This document shows positions 60,951 to 64,000 of a stretch of 64,000 nt of DNA, in pieces; position 1 is the stretch's first letter; each line of letters opens with the position of its first letter. Origin of the DNA: Rhizodiscina lignyota (lineage: Eukaryota); assembly GCA_010015805.1 (NCBI GenBank), contig ML978131.1, positions 496,001 through 560,000 on the forward strand, in the 5' to 3' direction. The position numbers and the translations under genes are program-made. The notes under the pieces are model-generated. The model was not told the DNA's origin. It ran no database searches and saw nothing but the letters and a program-made list of their open reading frames with translations.

Positions 60951-62630
60951 GACTGGACCTACAAATTCTATGAAATATCAATGTTGAAATATGACTTTTT
61001 TCCAGTGGTGGATGACACGCAATGGAAGCATTGGAAGAGAAACGAATTTCGGAAAACGATGAAAGAAGACGAAATGTTCTTTTCCTCTATAAACCGCAAA
61101 TAAAATGACCCTGAAGCGCTGCTGATTGTACTGGATGGGCAGCGATCAGTCTTTGCACAATACACAAATCCAAAGCAAACGGCAAACAGCAAGATTCAGG
61201 ATCTGGCCACAGCATTGAGGAGGCTCTCTATTACAGTCGTACATTCAATTTCGATTTTGCTCCGGGACGTTGTCGCTTTCATCCTAACGACCGAAAGATA
61301 TGGGTTTTGCTCGGAATCCTGGCACAAAAGAGGAGGCTGTGGAGACTGCGGATGGGAATGGTGCAAAGGTGTACGATTCTAATTTAGGAACTGTCTGGCC
61401 GGAGATGAACTCTGCCACCGATGGTGATAAATGCCAGATGAAAGAGAGGCGTTCTATTGGTGCGAGAAAGCAATAGCTTTGTCCTCCTGTCAGATGGTAC
61501 CTTAAAACCTAAACGTAAAACAGGGGGAGCCGGTTAATCTCCGCGCGAACAGGAACAGAGCAGGGAAAGTACGCTAAATGAAAATTGGGTTAGATGGGGC
61601 ACGTGACCTTCAGCTTAGCTTGACAGCTTCCCCTTCCGACCTTGCGAATTTCCTCCTCTCACAGAACCTCGTCAAAATTGGCACCCTGTAAGAGGGGCCG
61701 CATGAGACAGTTAGACAGCTAATTAATAAGGCTTTCCAACTCTGTCTCCGTCCTTCAGTTACAGCATCTTGGTGCTCTGCAGCCTGTACTCCGTGCCTTG
61801 CTACCTCGGATATTTCTTCTACCCTGCTTGCTTTCATCTTTCCTTTGTTTTACAGATTCCATATCAAGGCTATTAATTCATTCAATGCCGATTTACCGCT
61901 CAAGAAACTCCGCCAGGTCCATTCATTCATCCCTAATCCTTAGCTCAGCAATAAACTCCCCTTGCATAACAGATACCCCAATTACTCCATGATTCGGAGG
62001 TGTTTCCTTCTGGAAGACCGCGGGACCCTAGCCAGTCATAGGGCTCTCGCCGTCTGTGCCGGCATTTAAGCTCGAGCTAAGCTTTGACCGGAGACTTGCG
62101 AGATCACCAGGAACGCGCCGTTTTGTGGAGATCCAAAAATAAGCTTGCAGATTTTAACGAGGGTTCCTTTAGTCGCTCCCCTTTTTGCCAGCCCAGTCAC
62201 GGACCACTGCGATCCCTGTCCAGCAGAGAGTAGTACATGGCCATTATCCTTCACCATTTGAAGCCTCTATGGGTCACCTTGCGCTTACTGTTCAAGGGAA
62301 TATTTGACAGCTCATGCGTACCTGCCACTTGCCGCGAGGTACCAGCTGGATAAATTGTGTTGTCTGACAGCACCGTGCCATTCACGAGCCTCAAGCGGAC
62401 GGTCCGATGCTACCATACACGGAAGTAGGTGTACGATTACAGATCTTCGGTATCCAGCTGAAGTGTGCAATAATCATGCGGCAAAAGCTGGAACTCTGGA
62501 TAAGTATAAATCATTTTCCTTACTCCCAATTTTGGAGAGGGTTTTCCAGAGGATAATCTTCCCGTAGCGGTCCCACGGCTAGCTACTGTCGTTCTTTACT
62601 TCCTGTCTCTCGTTAATTTCGGATAAAATA

Positions 62631-64000
62631 ATGTATATTTCCCGTGTAGTGGCTCTTGCGGTCGCTGCTTGTGGCAGTGTCGCCCTCGCTCTACCAAAGA
62701 ATGGAACTTCGAAACCTCATCCGCATTTAGAGCATCATAGAGTGAACGCCACCGCACTGCTGTACCCTCCGTATCATTTCACGCCAGTCAACGCTACCTT
62801 CAAGCCGAGTTCAAAGTTAGTATACACATGAGTTTTGATCCGTTCTAAGCTAACGCTCTCTTAATAGAGGTTTGCCTGCTTCTGCTAAGAATCACACAAT
62901 TCATCCGCAATCCCCAACTAAGGAACCGAAAAACTCCACCGCCAGCTCAAACAACTCGACCCTTCACTTCAACAATTTCCTGGAAGAAGCCTCTTGCACG
63001 CCTCTTGCTCCGACAAATCCTGGTACTTTCTGGTATGAAAGCATAGATCACAATGGCTTGGCACCTTTCATTGAGGGCTCTGGGTACACTGTCTTTCGAA
63101 ACGTCAAAGACTTTGGTGCAAAAGGTGATGGCAGCACGGACGACTCTATTGCCATTCAAAATGCCATCAATGGTGAGCGAGATCCTCTGTAGCCACATAG
63201 GTCTTGACACTAACAGGAATGATTCATGAATAGCTGGAAGCTCTCAGAACTCGAGGGACAGTGGCGCTTTCGGAAGCACTGGCTCACCCGCAGTCATCTA
63301 TTTCCCTCAGGGAAAATACGTCTTGCAAAAGCCAATCCAGATGTACATCAACACTTTTATCATCGGCGATCCTAATAATAGACCTCAGATCCAGGCTGGG
63401 TCATCATTCAGTGGTTCGACTTTAGTATTCGGAAAAGACCCAAACCTGGGCAGTTCGACCGACTGTTTCTATTCTGGTATCAAAAACATCATATTCGTGT
63501 CCACGGCGATTAGCGCAAGCACAACATTCACTCTACTCGATTGGTCCGTCTCCCAGGCCACCCAGTTACTTAACTGTAAATTTGACATGCCCGATTCCTC
63601 GCAGCATACTGGTATGTCACCCTCGTGTTGAGTCTTGCGCATTCACTCACAGTCACAGGTATTGCTATGCCAGAAGGTGGATCTGGAACGATGATTGGCA
63701 ACCTGCAGTTTGTGGGCGGCAAAATCGGTATCAACATGAGCAACCAGCAGTACCTTCTCAAAGACATCACTTTCGACGGATGCAATGTGGGAATATTCAT
63801 CAGCCATGTGTTTGATTTGGTGGTCGAGAACGCCCAGTTTTCCAACTGCGGCACTGCGATTGATGGTATGAAATTTCTATGTCTAGGTCCTGTTTTTCTG
63901 AGCTGATGAATCATTCAGCAACTTCTGGAGGTGCCGGAAACGTTGGTAGTGTCGCGATTATTGACTGCTCCGTTACGACTACTGGGACTTTCCTCAACAC
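62631..64000 (+). CDS. GH55 exo-beta-1,3-glucanase, 3'-truncated by the window edge
   Basis: Signal peptide, FWYESIDHNG, VFRNVKDFGAKGDGSTDDSIAIQNAI, PAVIYFPQGKY, LDWSVSQATQL and MSNQQY. Confidence 0.9.

Noticed and set aside
1..64000. CRISPR arrays, rRNA, intact transposase or retroelement ORFs, AT-rich RIP blocks
   Set aside because: None seen on manual reading.

Overview
This window is filamentous-ascomycete (Pezizomycotina-type) nuclear DNA. Genes carry short GT-AG introns with CTRAC branch sites, and about 24 protein-coding loci can be supported. The left part (1-36.5 kb) holds housekeeping and lineage-specific genes: an MFS transporter, two LaeA-type methyltransferases, a cytochrome-b561-like membrane protein, a COL-26/BglR-like Zn2Cys6 regulator, HSP90 divergent from ATP16, a large disordered orphan, an FAD monooxygenase, a tail-anchored septin-like GTPase, TOM70 and HIU hydrolase. 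The right part contains a compact candidate metabolic cluster (36.7-53.4 kb, possibly to 58.7 kb): NRPS-like A-T-R reductase, MFS transporter, Zn2Cys6 TF, old yellow enzyme, PcaD-like enol-lactone hydrolase, Baeyer-Villiger monooxygenase and salicylate-hydroxylase-like monooxygenase. After a disturbed 2.8-kb gap (F-box remnant, structured repeats) come an aromatic aldehyde dehydrogenase and an alpha/beta hydrolase. The window ends with a Fig1-like membrane gene with a decaying tail and a truncated GH55 glucanase. All calls come from manual reading and motif recognition; no database searches were run, and exon boundaries are hand-derived.
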